Assembly (NCBI GenBank): GCA_977020255.1
Contig: CDROCS010000506.1
Coordinates: forward strand, 434,001 to 498,000
Length of the DNA: 64,000 nt
Origin: Obrimoposthia wandeli
Lineage: Eukaryota
Direction of reading: 5' to 3'
How positions within the stretch are numbered: position 1 is the stretch's first letter; each line of letters begins with the position of its first letter. The notes under the pieces are model-generated. The model saw only the letters and a list, made by a program, of their open reading frames with translations, made no database searches and had not been told where the DNA came from. This document shows, one piece after another, positions 10,192-20,575 of this stretch. Made by a program: the position numbers and the translations under genes.

Positions 10192-10443
10192 TTATTTCGC
10201 TGTCGTTAGTTTTTCAATTTCGTTAACGACGTCTTCTACTGTACGTACTAATTTGAACACTTCAGGTTCAATTTTTTCGTTAGTAATGTCACGCAGTTTA
10301 ATCACTAAATCAATCGCATCGATACTGTCTAAGTCTAAATCTGTATAAAGATTGGCACTCATCGTAATGTCGTCGGCTTCGATTTCAAATTCTTCAACTA
10401 AGATATCGGCTAATGTTTGGTAGATCTGTTCTCTAGATTGCAT
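10192..10443 (-). CDS. apeF: Acyl carrier protein (ApeF-like)
   Basis: LDLDSIDA phosphopantetheine attachment motif; acidic 83 aa protein. Confidence 0.92.
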   Translation of the reverse strand: MQSREQIYQTLADILVEEFEIEADDITMSANLYTDLDLDSIDAIDLVIKLRDITNEKIEPEVFKLVRTVEDVVNEIEKLTTAK

Positions 10444-10456
10444 GGGAAATCCTTAA

Positions 10457-10720
10457 TTAAGCCGCTGTACGAGTCTGAGTAATGAATGCACTTAATGCAT
10501 TAATCGATGAAAAATGTTGTTTGATTTCTTCTGAGTTTGCATCGATTTTTATGTTGTAATGTTTCTTCAGGATCAAGCCTAATTCAAGTGCATCGATACT
10601 GTCTAAACCTAAACCTTCAACGAATAATGCATCCGCGTCATTGATATCTTCTACGGCAATATCTTCAAGGTCTAATTCAGCAATAATAAGCTGCTTAAGC
10701 TCAGTTTTTAATTCAGTCAT
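10457..10720 (-). CDS. apeE: Acyl carrier protein (ApeE-like)
   Basis: LGLDSIDALELG motif. Start moved to ATG at 10720 (MTELK...), which has AGGA upstream and overlaps the apeD stop. Confidence 0.92.
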   Translation of the reverse strand: MTELKTELKQLIIAELDLEDIAVEDINDADALFVEGLGLDSIDALELGLILKKHYNIKIDANSEEIKQHFSSINALSAFITQTRTAA

Positions 10721-11507
10721 GGGATTGTAGTTCCTGTTTAAAATAACATTCAAGCTCGCGGCAATAATGGCGAACTTGCTTACTCATCGATATGTCGTCA
10801 GCAATAGCAATTGCGGGAACGTCACGCGTCAATTGCAGCATAAATTTGGCTTTGGCACTGGGGATTTGATACCAAGATTCTGCTTTCGTTAATGTACTTG
10901 GCGTCACCTTGATAATAACAGCGGTGATTGGTGCTTGGCAGCGTAACGCGATATTGGCTGCGCCGCGCTGGAATGACACAGCTTTACCGGGAACGCTACG
11001 TGTCCCTTCTGGAAACACAATCAGGTTATTACCTTGCGCTAACGATAATTTACACGCTGCAAGTAAGGCATCGGGATCGTCGTTACTGATATAACCGGTA
11101 TTTTTGATCACACCACGAATAAATGGATTGCGGAATAAATGGGCTTTCACCACACAATCAGCATTCGGCAACATAGACAGCAAGACCACCACATCAATCA
11201 ACGACGGGTGATTGGCAAGAATGAGTTGCCCTTGTAACTGCGCCAGTTCAGCGCGATCACGTAAATCAAATTCGAAAATTCGAGTGAATGCCATGGTGGC
11301 AATAAAGAATCGAAAGCTATAATGTACAGTTTTACGAGCTACACGTTTTTGCGCTTGCTCACCACGAATACACAATTTTTGCAGCGGAAATACCAATACA
11401 GTCAGTATCACGCCACCCACACCAAATAGGCTAAAGCACAGCGCAGTAGCAAATAACCGCCAAAGATAATTAAGGGCTTTAAATAAGTAGTTAAAAGCCT
11501 TAAACAT
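10713..11507 (-). CDS. apeD: PlsC-type lysophospholipid acyltransferase (ApeD-like)
   Basis: ANHPSLID (HxxxxD) and FPEGTRS motifs. Confidence 0.9.
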   Translation of the reverse strand: MFKAFNYLFKALNYLWRLFATALCFSLFGVGGVILTVLVFPLQKLCIRGEQAQKRVARKTVHYSFRFFIATMAFTRIFEFDLRDRAELAQLQGQLILANHPSLIDVVVLLSMLPNADCVVKAHLFRNPFIRGVIKNTGYISNDDPDALLAACKLSLAQGNNLIVFPEGTRSVPGKAVSFQRGAANIALRCQAPITAVIIKVTPSTLTKAESWYQIPSAKAKFMLQLTRDVPAIAIADDISMSKQVRHYCRELECYFKQELQSHD

Positions 11508-12315
11508 CCATCATTCCAGTCATTAACTCACAAGTCCAAGCATGACGGTCAGAGCTATATTGTAATGCTGGCAACGCGACATCTGCTGACGCAGCAAACC
11601 AATGCATAAAGCACAACGCTGCAGGTAAGTTAAATTCAGTAGTGTCTTGTTTATCACTTTCATTGCTGGCGTTAAAGTTAACCTCAATACTGGCAATTGT
11701 CGCAGGTGTGATAGCCGATGTAACCACCATAGCAACCGCGTGATCAACTTGTTGTTCATCTGCAAATTGTGAATACAATTCAGGTAATACTCGATCGACA
11801 TGGATAATAAGCAGTTTATTAGAACGGCCTGACTTTAATCGTGCATACGCATCAACTAGTGCATAGAAGAAGCTGTCTTTCCCTGCAGAAATGGCGTTAA
11901 TGGCTTGCTTATTTTGCTTAAGAATACTGTATAAGCCCGGTACCGCATTATGTACAGAGGTACTAAATGCCGTTGGGGAAATGTCTTGGTCTGCGCTTAA
12001 TTCTGTTAATAGTTCAGCGGTTTTATGCAAATCACCATGACGACTGGAAAACACAATATCAATTTGTGCGGCTTGCTCAGAGATTTCAGACTTTACTGTT
12101 TCAGAAAATGTAGAAAGTATAGAAGGTGCAGAGAGCGCATTTTCAGCTGTATACAAGGCAATCTTGGCGAAAGGACTTAAGCGACGGCGCTGCATTGCTG
12201 GCACAAATTCGAGTTTTGGCCAAGCGGGTGTATTCGTTTTATTGTCGTCAGTAGGATCCGCTTTATCAGCGTCGAAAGTTGACCAAGCGTTAATACTTTC
12301 TAGATGTAACAGCAA
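11500..12315 (-). CDS. apeC: Beta-ketoacyl synthase chain-length factor (ApeC-like)
   Basis: VPAMQRRRLS, VFSSRHG, SPTAFSTSVHN motifs; TTG start with AGGAGA SD. Confidence 0.88.
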   Translation of the reverse strand: MLLHLESINAWSTFDADKADPTDDNKTNTPAWPKLEFVPAMQRRRLSPFAKIALYTAENALSAPSILSTFSETVKSEISEQAAQIDIVFSSRHGDLHKTAELLTELSADQDISPTAFSTSVHNAVPGLYSILKQNKQAINAISAGKDSFFYALVDAYARLKSGRSNKLLIIHVDRVLPELYSQFADEQQVDHAVAMVVTSAITPATIASIEVNFNASNESDKQDTTEFNLPAALCFMHWFAASADVALPALQYSSDRHAWTCELMTGMMDV

Positions 12316-12326
12316 TGGTTTCTCCT

Positions 12327-12360
12327 AAAACAAAAATGGCGACAATATATATGCCGCCAT
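12327..12360 (-). terminator. Intrinsic-terminator-like hairpin directly upstream of the apeC SD
   Basis: Minus-strand RNA AUGGCGGCA-UAUAUAU-UGUCGCCAU-UUUUGUUUU; 9-bp stem including one G-U pair. Confidence 0.65.
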
Positions 12361-12573
12361 AATAATTAATCATCACTAACAAATCAATAACTAAATAGTA
12401 ATAGCACTATCTATCAATGGGTTACAAAATATGTTTTATTCTACTATATCGTATGATAATGGTTATTTGATTGTAAACTCAGCAATTAACAGCGCTTACT
12501 TTCGCTTACAAAATATCCCATTGCCCATTGCTTTATTTTTTATAACCGTTTTTATAATCGTCTTTTATTATCG

Positions 12574-13644
12574 CTATTTCTTTTTACAGGCTAACAAGGT
12601 ATGCCCAAGACCAAGATCATCAGTATCTTGATCAACATACAAGCCTGCTTCTTGAATCAAACGCATCATGTCTTTTGAGTGATACATACGGCTATTACCA
12701 TTAGCCATAGCCGTAAAGTAGATAGACGTGGCATTGACACAATAAGCGCCCGCTTCATAAGGTTGTCTATCCCAGTAGGTTTCTAAGATATACAAACGGC
12801 TATCAGCAGTCATGACATCTGCAGCACGTTTTAGAATACTTAAAATTTCACTTTTGCTAAAACAATCTAAAAATTGGCTCATCCAGATGGTATCTGCGCC
12901 AGCAAAGAAAGTACGGCTTTCATCGAGTAAATCAGTTTCATGGCCGTGTACGCGATCTGCAACACCGGCCGCTTCAGCATTTGCTAATGCAACATTAAGT
13001 TGCCCCGGTAAATCCATAATAGTGACATTAATGTCAGCATCGTGCTTAGTACAAGCTAATGACCATTTACCGGTATTACCGCCCACATCTAAAATGTGTT
13101 TTGGGTTATGCTCAAACAATAATGCCAGTACTTCAGGAAAGGCATGATCGGAATAGTAATGATCAAATTCAAACCAACTGCGTTTTGCTTCTTCCGGTAG
13201 TTGGCTTAAACCTGGATAAATAGTTTGCCAGTCACCGAATACTTTCAGCCCTTCAGGTTTACCTGTCTCAATGGCTTTATCTAAATCAAACAAGCCTTGA
13301 TAACAAACATGATGGGTAAAATCGAGATTCTTTAATGCCATGTCATCATTTAACAAAAAGTAACCGACTTTATCTAAAATAAAGTTATCTTCTTGCTGCC
13401 ATACCAGCCCCATGCTCAGGCCCATATCAAGCAATACGCTAATGCCGTATTCGCTGGTATCTAGCTGCTGAGTCAACGTTGCTAAGCTAACGCCCTGCTT
13501 GCCTGCTTCGTCTACTGCTTTTAAAATACCAAACTTCAGTAAGCAACGCGCAACTTGGAATGCAACGGGTGCGAAAGCAATTTTTTGTGCTTCAAACTTT
13601 GCATTAAACGCTGACATCTCAGCAGGTTTATCATAAAAAGCCAT
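12574..13644 (-). CDS. apeB: Class I SAM-dependent methyltransferase (ApeB-like)
   Basis: LDVGGNTGKW SAM motif, MDLP, WMSQFLDCF; N-terminal winged-helix dimerisation region. Confidence 0.87.
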   Translation of the reverse strand: MAFYDKPAEMSAFNAKFEAQKIAFAPVAFQVARCLLKFGILKAVDEAGKQGVSLATLTQQLDTSEYGISVLLDMGLSMGLVWQQEDNFILDKVGYFLLNDDMALKNLDFTHHVCYQGLFDLDKAIETGKPEGLKVFGDWQTIYPGLSQLPEEAKRSWFEFDHYYSDHAFPEVLALLFEHNPKHILDVGGNTGKWSLACTKHDADINVTIMDLPGQLNVALANAEAAGVADRVHGHETDLLDESRTFFAGADTIWMSQFLDCFSKSEILSILKRAADVMTADSRLYILETYWDRQPYEAGAYCVNATSIYFTAMANGNSRMYHSKDMMRLIQEAGLYVDQDTDDLGLGHTLLACKKK

Positions 13645-13747
13645 TATTACTCCATGGGTGAACGGGTTTACATATATAGATTACGCCTGCAGTTTAACGT
13701 ATTTCAATTAAGTATTTATAATTTAGATCATCGCGATGCACAAAAAC

Positions 13748-13774
13748 AAAAAAACCTGCTCAATGAACAGGTTT
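13748..13774 (-). terminator. Rho-independent terminator after phoD
   Basis: AAACCTG-N9-CAGGTTT stem followed by a T run on the minus strand. Confidence 0.65.
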
Positions 13775-13822
13775 CGATTTATCGCTTTATAAAAGTCATA
13801 TCTTAGTAAACATCAAACATGA

Positions 13823-16166
13823 TTAGCTATAACGCTGACCTTTTGTTAATGCCATTTGACGATTTTGCGCATCACCAGAAATAGTAAATTGGCGATGATT
13901 AATATTCTCTTCAATGAAAGTCGCTGCATTATCATAATGACATTCAGTTACAAATTCAGGCTTATAAGTATAATAATTAGTTTCTACTTTTTCTGAACTT
14001 GCTTCAATAATCACAATACCGTGTTCGCTGGTATTTTTATGATGAAGATTAGTGTTATTTTCAATATGTAGGCGCAATTCTTTCTTCATCATGGTTTCAT
14101 CATCATTTTGGAATGAATAGTTAGCACCACCCGGTTGATCAGGCACTAACATAGGGTCAAGCACATCAATAATAAAGTTTTTGAGTTCAGTCAGATCTTG
14201 TCCTGTGCCTTCTTCAATACTTTCAATAATACCTTCAATTAAACCTGAAGCTGAAGCGGAACTAATTGATGCACCGGTAAACTCAAATAACTTACCTGCA
14301 TCACTGTTATGCTCAGCAACCCAAGATGAGTGAATATCACCAGAAAGCAAAATCGTATTGTTATCGGTATTTTTATATACATTGTCTTGCAGATGTTTAC
14401 GCGCTAATGGGAAACCATCCCACTGGTCTATCGAAATAAGTAACTTATTATCGCCCATAACACTAGGTAAAATATTTTCGATTAATTTAAGCATGTTTTC
14501 GGCTTGAACGATTCTTTCTGGAGTAATACCGTTTGGATATTGATTTTCCTCTGTTTTGCAACAAAACGCCATCTGAGCACGCATTTTGCCAATAATATCA
14601 AGCTTAATTGAAGTACCAAATACCTCCTTTGCAGGTCGCCCTTCTAATGTACAACGACCAGCTCGCAATAACGAATATAGCTCATACCATTTAGGTGAAG
14701 CCGCATAACGAGTGCCAAATGATGTCACTAATGATGTTTTACCCATAGTTGCAAATGGTATACCTTTAGTATGAGCAATTGTTGGGAAAGTTGCAGCATC
14801 ATCAAATTGCGCAGCTCGATCAATCGATAGGCCTAAATGGCTAATTAACTCATCTAAATAATCGACTGATAATAGCCCTGTCGAAAGTGCTTTTTCAGCA
14901 TTTTCAACGCTGCCCGCTTTAAGTGAGAGTTTGCATCTGTATCTAAATCACTCCACAAGCAGTAATTTACACAATAGTTAGAAAATTCTTCTTGCGGTGT
15001 TTTAGAGCCCATGCCATGATATGACCAGGGAAAGTATCTTCAGCAATGGGATGATCTGGACGAAATGAGCGGTAATCGGTAGCAACAAGTTTCATGGTGT
15101 TACCAAAGTCAAAAGAACGATGGATACGAGGGTGATATTCACCGGAACCGCCAATATCACTATCAATAATATTTTTACCTGCAGCAATACTATTTTCATT
15201 GCCCGATGTATCAGCCCATTCACTATCATCAAACGGAACGTATTCAATAAAGGCTTTCATAGCATTGGTACAACGCTCAACGGCTTTATCACCGGTGCCT
15301 TTACCTTTTAATGTCGCTAACTCATCATAAGTTGAGTACATCTGCCACGCATCATCGGTGAATTCGTGATCATCCCAAATATCAATGATTGGGAATTTAG
15401 CCAATACTTCCTGCAAAATTTCATCGGTACGGTAAGTCTTATAAATTTCACGGTAGTTATCTAATGATTGTGCAGCTTGGTATTCAGTTTTCTCACCCGC
15501 ATTAATAGTAATTGCGCCATCACGATCAGTAAATTCAATTTTACGGTCGTCGGTCGAGTCTTGGAATGATGGGTCGCCCGTTGTTTCATAAATGAAGTCA
15601 CCAATGAATAGAATGAAATCTGTATCATCGTGATCTTGTAATAACGTCAGGTATGAATTGTAGTAACGACCAATAAAGTCTTGGCATGATGCCAGTGCAA
15701 ATTTCACTTTATCATTAGAGCTAGCCGCTAATGCCGTTTTAGTACGACCTTTACGTGACGCGTATTGAACACCATCACTACCCGTATAAACAAACTTATA
15801 ATAATAAGTTGTATACGGGTCTAATCCCTCTACTTTTACACGTAAACAATAATCATCGTCACTGCTCACTAATAGGTTATCAATAGCAACAACCGGGTTA
15901 TCTTCATTACCAGCTTCCCAAACGACTAACCCTACAGGTACATCCGCAGCTTCTGCATACTGCTCACTTAAACGAGTCCAAAGAATAATAGATTCAGGTT
16001 TTGGATCGCCAGATGCTACGCCATGTGGAAAACGATTTAACAACGGATCACTGTGGTTATCCGTATTATCATTTGAATCATTGGTACAACCCATTAATTG
16101 CATTGCCACAACAGAGCCAGCACCAACAACAAGTGTGCGTAAGAATTTTCTACGTGTAAGTATCAT
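13823..16166 (-). pseudogene. phoD: Alkaline phosphatase D (PhoD) family Tat lipoprotein disrupted by two frameshifts
   Basis: N-terminal part: TRRKFL twin-arginine, LMGC lipobox, GVASGDP, ASCQ, GDFIYE, WDDHE, DYRSFR. C-terminal part: DQWDGF, LSGDIHSSW, EFTG. The halves are joined by a third-frame segment; span of 2344 nt plus 2 nt restores a 782-codon frame. Confidence 0.85.
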
Positions 16167-16399
16167 TTAAACATCCCGGTTTAATAAGCTAAGGTATTTT
16201 TAATCAGCATCTTAGGGATGAATTATGTCTAAATAATGACAGTTTTATGTAGTTTAGATTAAAAGCTCAACTCTTAATTTATGATTATTAAAACCAAAAT
16301 TTAATTGGTGGGAGACGCTCGGTATAACGCGCACTGCCATACAGCATAATAATATGTCAAAGCTCACAAGTTCACCCGTGTCTTTACCAACACCAACCA

Positions 16400-17725
16400 T
16401 TAAATCAACCGTAGTTTAACAATACTCACAGCATACACTAATTCGCCTGAATCACCGTGATCTTGTATTTTTACAATTTTATGCATGGTGATCGCATAAA
16501 TTTCGCCATTATCAGCACCAATCGATGGTGATGCAGCAATTTGTTGACCCACGTTCACACGCCAAATTTCTTTTAAATCTCGAGATAACGCGATGATATT
16601 ACCGTGATCATCCGTCGTAAATACTTTCTGACCATCATTAGTTACTGATGGTGTCGCACCTGTACCACCGTCAAAGTCAAAACGAGAGGCAACTTCTAGC
16701 TTATATTTACCCTCTGTCGTCGCTTTAATATCTAAGGCATATAATGCACCTAACTCTGAGATATTATCTTTGGTTCCATCAAGCTCATCAGGGGCTGTTC
16801 CTGCCACATACAAACGATTGGAGATTGGGTCACTGGCATAAAAATTAGTTACTTCACGTCCACCACCAAAAATAATATCAGTAATGGTGGTGAATAAGCC
16901 GTCACTGTTTTCTGATTTACCAAACTGCTCTGCCGCAGCTTCATCAGCCCAATTACGTACAAATTCAGGTGGGCGTAAATCATCATCACTCGCTGCTGGA
17001 GAACCTGGTAAATCAAACGCTTCATCAAGTAATGCTTCACCAGTCAGTCGATCAAACAATACTATTTTACCGTTGCCAGTCACCACGCTTAACGCGTTTA
17101 GTCGAGGCACAAAATTAACTCCCCACGCATGTGGTGATATCTCGTCTGAATCAGTCCATGTTAGACCCGTTTTTTTAGTCCATAGAATATTGCCATCTGT
17201 CGTGACAGCCCAAATATTCTGATACGTTGAGTGGTAGATAACTTCTTGATTATGTTCTGGCGAGTTCAAAATCAACGTTGCACCAGAACCATTAATGTCG
17301 CCATTAGCAGGTAATGTCCAACGGCGCTCACCTGTTTTACCATCAAGGGCAACAAGGCTTACATCTTCATTAGGACGGAAAGGACTAAAGTACAGGTTAC
17401 CCTGTTGATCAATCGAAGGGCCTTCTGGTACATAAAACTGGGTTTCAGCAACCCAAGCTAATTCTTGTTCTGGTGCGGTGACAATCATCAGTTGGTCAGT
17501 ATTATTAATACTGCCATGCATTGTATGAAAGGTATTAAGAACCGGAACCGTGTCACTCATAGGTCCAGCGTTTGGTACACCAGCCGGTTTCCAATCAGTC
17601 AGCTTATATTCAGGAAGCGCTTTAGGCTCTGCATCAGTATTTATCATCGAGCAACCAGCCATTAATGCCGATAATGTGATCGCTGCTGACATTGCTGTTA
17701 ATCGAAATTTTGTATTCGTATTCAT
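16400..17725 (-). CDS. PQQ-like beta-propeller lipoprotein, probably C-terminally truncated
   Basis: Lipobox MAGC; repeated propeller motifs (LVALDGKTGERRW, WAVTTDGNILW, IIALSRDLKEIW); abrupt end ELVYAVSIVKLRLI. Confidence 0.7.
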   Translation of the reverse strand: MNTNTKFRLTAMSAAITLSALMAGCSMINTDAEPKALPEYKLTDWKPAGVPNAGPMSDTVPVLNTFHTMHGSINNTDQLMIVTAPEQELAWVAETQFYVPEGPSIDQQGNLYFSPFRPNEDVSLVALDGKTGERRWTLPANGDINGSGATLILNSPEHNQEVIYHSTYQNIWAVTTDGNILWTKKTGLTWTDSDEISPHAWGVNFVPRLNALSVVTGNGKIVLFDRLTGEALLDEAFDLPGSPAASDDDLRPPEFVRNWADEAAAEQFGKSENSDGLFTTITDIIFGGGREVTNFYASDPISNRLYVAGTAPDELDGTKDNISELGALYALDIKATTEGKYKLEVASRFDFDGGTGATPSVTNDGQKVFTTDDHGNIIALSRDLKEIWRVNVGQQIAASPSIGADNGEIYAITMHKIVKIQDHGDSGELVYAVSIVKLRLI

Positions 17726-18033
17726 GCATTTTTCCTTTAGCTATGAGTAAAAGTAACGATTGATTGAAAACAGAATCAAGATATCACAGCTCTGCAACAA
17801 TGAATTTATCATTTCACGCCAACCATGACGAACTGTCTCCTCCTCCAATAAACAGGTTTTAAATACCACTAAGAATAACTAAGGTTATGATTTAATATCA
17901 AAATTTGAAATTACTACCCAAAACAGAAAATAACAACCTGTTATATATGGCGTAAAATGATAAATAAAATACGGATTTGCTGTGATACCTTGCCGTTGTC
18001 GTTAAATAAATGTTAATCCAAGGATAGGTCTTT

Positions 18034-20364
18034 ATGATTAAATCAAAAATTAGCTCAATAGCGCCGGTAATTATAAGCGCTTTATTACCGGTAACATCAT
18101 TTGCTGAGGAAGTAGCAAGTGAGCCAAAATCAATTACATTAACGCAAGAAGCCGCCGCTATTTCTTCTACAACTACAATGAATGAAGAAATAACAGCTAC
18201 AAGTAAAACTGAGATCCCAGCAATAAACCTTGCTCCCTTGCCTACAACTAAAGCCAACAGGGCTGTGTTTATTCGTGGTTTTTCAAGCCTAGATACACAA
18301 GCAACAAAAAACAGTGCCGTAACCATAAACCATGATGACGTTTACATGGGAAGAACCGTTGGGCTAGCTGCTGACGTAGTTGACCTTGATGACGTAGTCT
18401 ATAACCGAGGTCCAACAACCAATACCGGACGTAACGCATTAGCCGGTAGTGTTAACTATGTATCAGTGAAACCAACCGACGAATTTGAACTCCAACAACA
18501 GTTTTCAGTGGGCAGTCAAAACGAACTGAAATCAAAAACCATGATTAATATTCCGCTAAGCGATACCTTAAGTGGACGCTTTAGTATTTCCAGTTTTAGT
18601 CGTGAGGGCGCGATAACATCCACCAGCGAAAAAGCTACCGGTAACTTTGGTGATATTGATACCAGTGCTGTCACAGGCGCATTGCGCTGGACACCCAATA
18701 AACACCTTACTGTTGATTATGCGTATGATTATTCTGACGCCGATTATCTCAGTCCTTATATCCAATTATTAGCCAGCGATAGTTTAAAGCCTGGTGATGC
18801 CAATGAAGATCGCCAAACCTCAACTGATTTATACTTAGAAGACACCAATGACCATACTGCACAAGGTCATCGTTTTGGCGTTGAATGGCAATTTAACGAG
18901 CGTACTAAATTTGAATCGATTAGCTCGTACAGAATGTCAGATGGTAATACCGATGCAGTTATTGGCACTCAAGAATCTATTGCAGGCGGTACTTTAGATG
19001 TCAGTCAGTGGTCACAAGAATTTCGTTTAAGCAGCAGTGCTGTTAACGACCGCATTAACTTTAGCCTCGGCACCTTATATTATAGCGAAGACAGTGATTC
19101 AACGGCTTATGCAGACAACGAGCGTTATGTAAATAACACTGACTACAAAGGCTTTGCACCGGGTCAATTATATCAAGGTGTTCAATCTTCCACGTTTGCT
19201 ACATCTACACAAGGTGAATTAGAAAATATTGCCATCTATGGTGAAGCGAGTTTCATTCCCGCCATTTTAAATAACAAATTAACTATTACCACCGGGTTAC
19301 GTCAAGAATGGGTCAATGTCGATGCAAATAAACAATATGATGGCAGCTGTCAATTAACGCCCACAGGTGGCGTAATAACGGATCCGACTCATCCATATTA
19401 CGGCACAGCACTTGCGATTGCAGGTGCTCTCTGTCCAGGCGCTTGGGAAGGAACTGGGATACAACTACCAGGCAATGACATAGATGATGTTTATGTTGAA
19501 AGTTCAGCGTCATTTCAAATGTTATTACCATCGATTAAATTGAATTATGAAATCGGCCGTGAAAAGAATATCTATACTTCTGTACGTAAAGGCTGGAACC
19601 CTGGTGGCTTTAACGCCCTTGCTGGTGTAGAAAACTTCGAAAGTGGTTTTGATGAAGAAACCATGATGACTTACGATATTGGTTTTCAAGGCAACTTTGC
19701 TAACCGAGCAATACAGTTAAACGCGGTTGCTTTCTACAATGACATTGATAATCATCAAGCAAATACCTCAAACCGCGTGCATCCAACCATGGTCGATACT
19801 TACAATGTGGAAAGAGCCCACTCTTACGGTGTAGACCTAGATTTATTCGCCTTCCTGTCTAAAAATGCGATGGTTAAATTCAACTATTCATACTTACAAA
19901 TGGAATACGATGAATACAGCCACAGAGATGAAGTGACATCAAGAATCCCTGGCGCCGACCCTATTCTAAATCCGATTACCCGTGATGTACCCGACATGAT
20001 CCCACAAGCACCAGAACAGACTATCTTAACGTCATTTATTTACCGTTTTGATAAAACTGATTTTGGCCAACCGACAGTATTGTTAACCAATATTTATCGT
20101 GGTGCCTTTTACAGCAGTAATAATGGCTTAGACATATTAGAAAATGACAGTTTCTCATTAATAAACCTAGATCTAACCCTAGCTGAAATCCCGCTTAAAA
20201 CTGGTGAGCTTGCAGTGAACCTATGGGCTAAAAACTTATTTGATGAAGAATATACCCTAGCGAAGTACGGTTATGGTTATGGCTCAGGTGCAACATCAGG
20301 TCCTGTTATTGGTATCTTTGGTCCTGAACGTACTTTTGGTATTAAAGTAAACTATACCTTCTAA
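18034..20364 (+). CDS. TonB-dependent outer-membrane receptor
   Basis: Signal peptide, FIRG, DDVYMGR, RGP..GRNA plug motifs, NLWAKNLFDEEY, and C-terminal ERTFGIKVNYTF ending in Phe. Confidence 0.9.
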   Translation: MIKSKISSIAPVIISALLPVTSFAEEVASEPKSITLTQEAAAISSTTTMNEEITATSKTEIPAINLAPLPTTKANRAVFIRGFSSLDTQATKNSAVTINHDDVYMGRTVGLAADVVDLDDVVYNRGPTTNTGRNALAGSVNYVSVKPTDEFELQQQFSVGSQNELKSKTMINIPLSDTLSGRFSISSFSREGAITSTSEKATGNFGDIDTSAVTGALRWTPNKHLTVDYAYDYSDADYLSPYIQLLASDSLKPGDANEDRQTSTDLYLEDTNDHTAQGHRFGVEWQFNERTKFESISSYRMSDGNTDAVIGTQESIAGGTLDVSQWSQEFRLSSSAVNDRINFSLGTLYYSEDSDSTAYADNERYVNNTDYKGFAPGQLYQGVQSSTFATSTQGELENIAIYGEASFIPAILNNKLTITTGLRQEWVNVDANKQYDGSCQLTPTGGVITDPTHPYYGTALAIAGALCPGAWEGTGIQLPGNDIDDVYVESSASFQMLLPSIKLNYEIGREKNIYTSVRKGWNPGGFNALAGVENFESGFDEETMMTYDIGFQGNFANRAIQLNAVAFYNDIDNHQANTSNRVHPTMVDTYNVERAHSYGVDLDLFAFLSKNAMVKFNYSYLQMEYDEYSHRDEVTSRIPGADPILNPITRDVPDMIPQAPEQTILTSFIYRFDKTDFGQPTVLLTNIYRGAFYSSNNGLDILENDSFSLINLDLTLAEIPLKTGELAVNLWAKNLFDEEYTLAKYGYGYGSGATSGPVIGIFGPERTFGIKVNYTF

Positions 20365-20380
20365 CACACAAGTAAAACCT

Positions 20381-20408
20381 AAAAAGCACGCTATCTAGCG
20401 TGCTTTTT
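20381..20408. terminator. Bidirectional terminator/palindrome, copy 1
   Basis: AAAAAGCACGCTA-TC-TAGCGTGCTTTTT, 16 nt after the receptor stop codon. Confidence 0.8.
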
Positions 20409-20575
20409 TGTATCTGAAACATACCTTAACTTTCTTATTTATCACCGCTATTCCCCCATTATCTATTTATAATAAATCATATATTTGTTAGTGTTTAACA
20501 TAATGTAATTAAACGAACATTTACGTTATACGTATTGTCAGATAATAAACTCATACGTTCAGGGAATCGATTTAT

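Noticed and set aside
12350-12362. RfaH ops element in the ape leader
   Set aside because: GGCGGCAT matches only the first five bases of GGCGGTAG and is part of the hairpin stem.
14915-15026. Programmed ribosomal frameshifting in phoD
   Set aside because: Two successive shifts would be needed and no slippery heptamer or stimulatory structure is evident.
17898-18326. 142-aa minus-strand ORF
   Set aside because: Antisense to the TonB receptor N-terminus; no recognisable motif.
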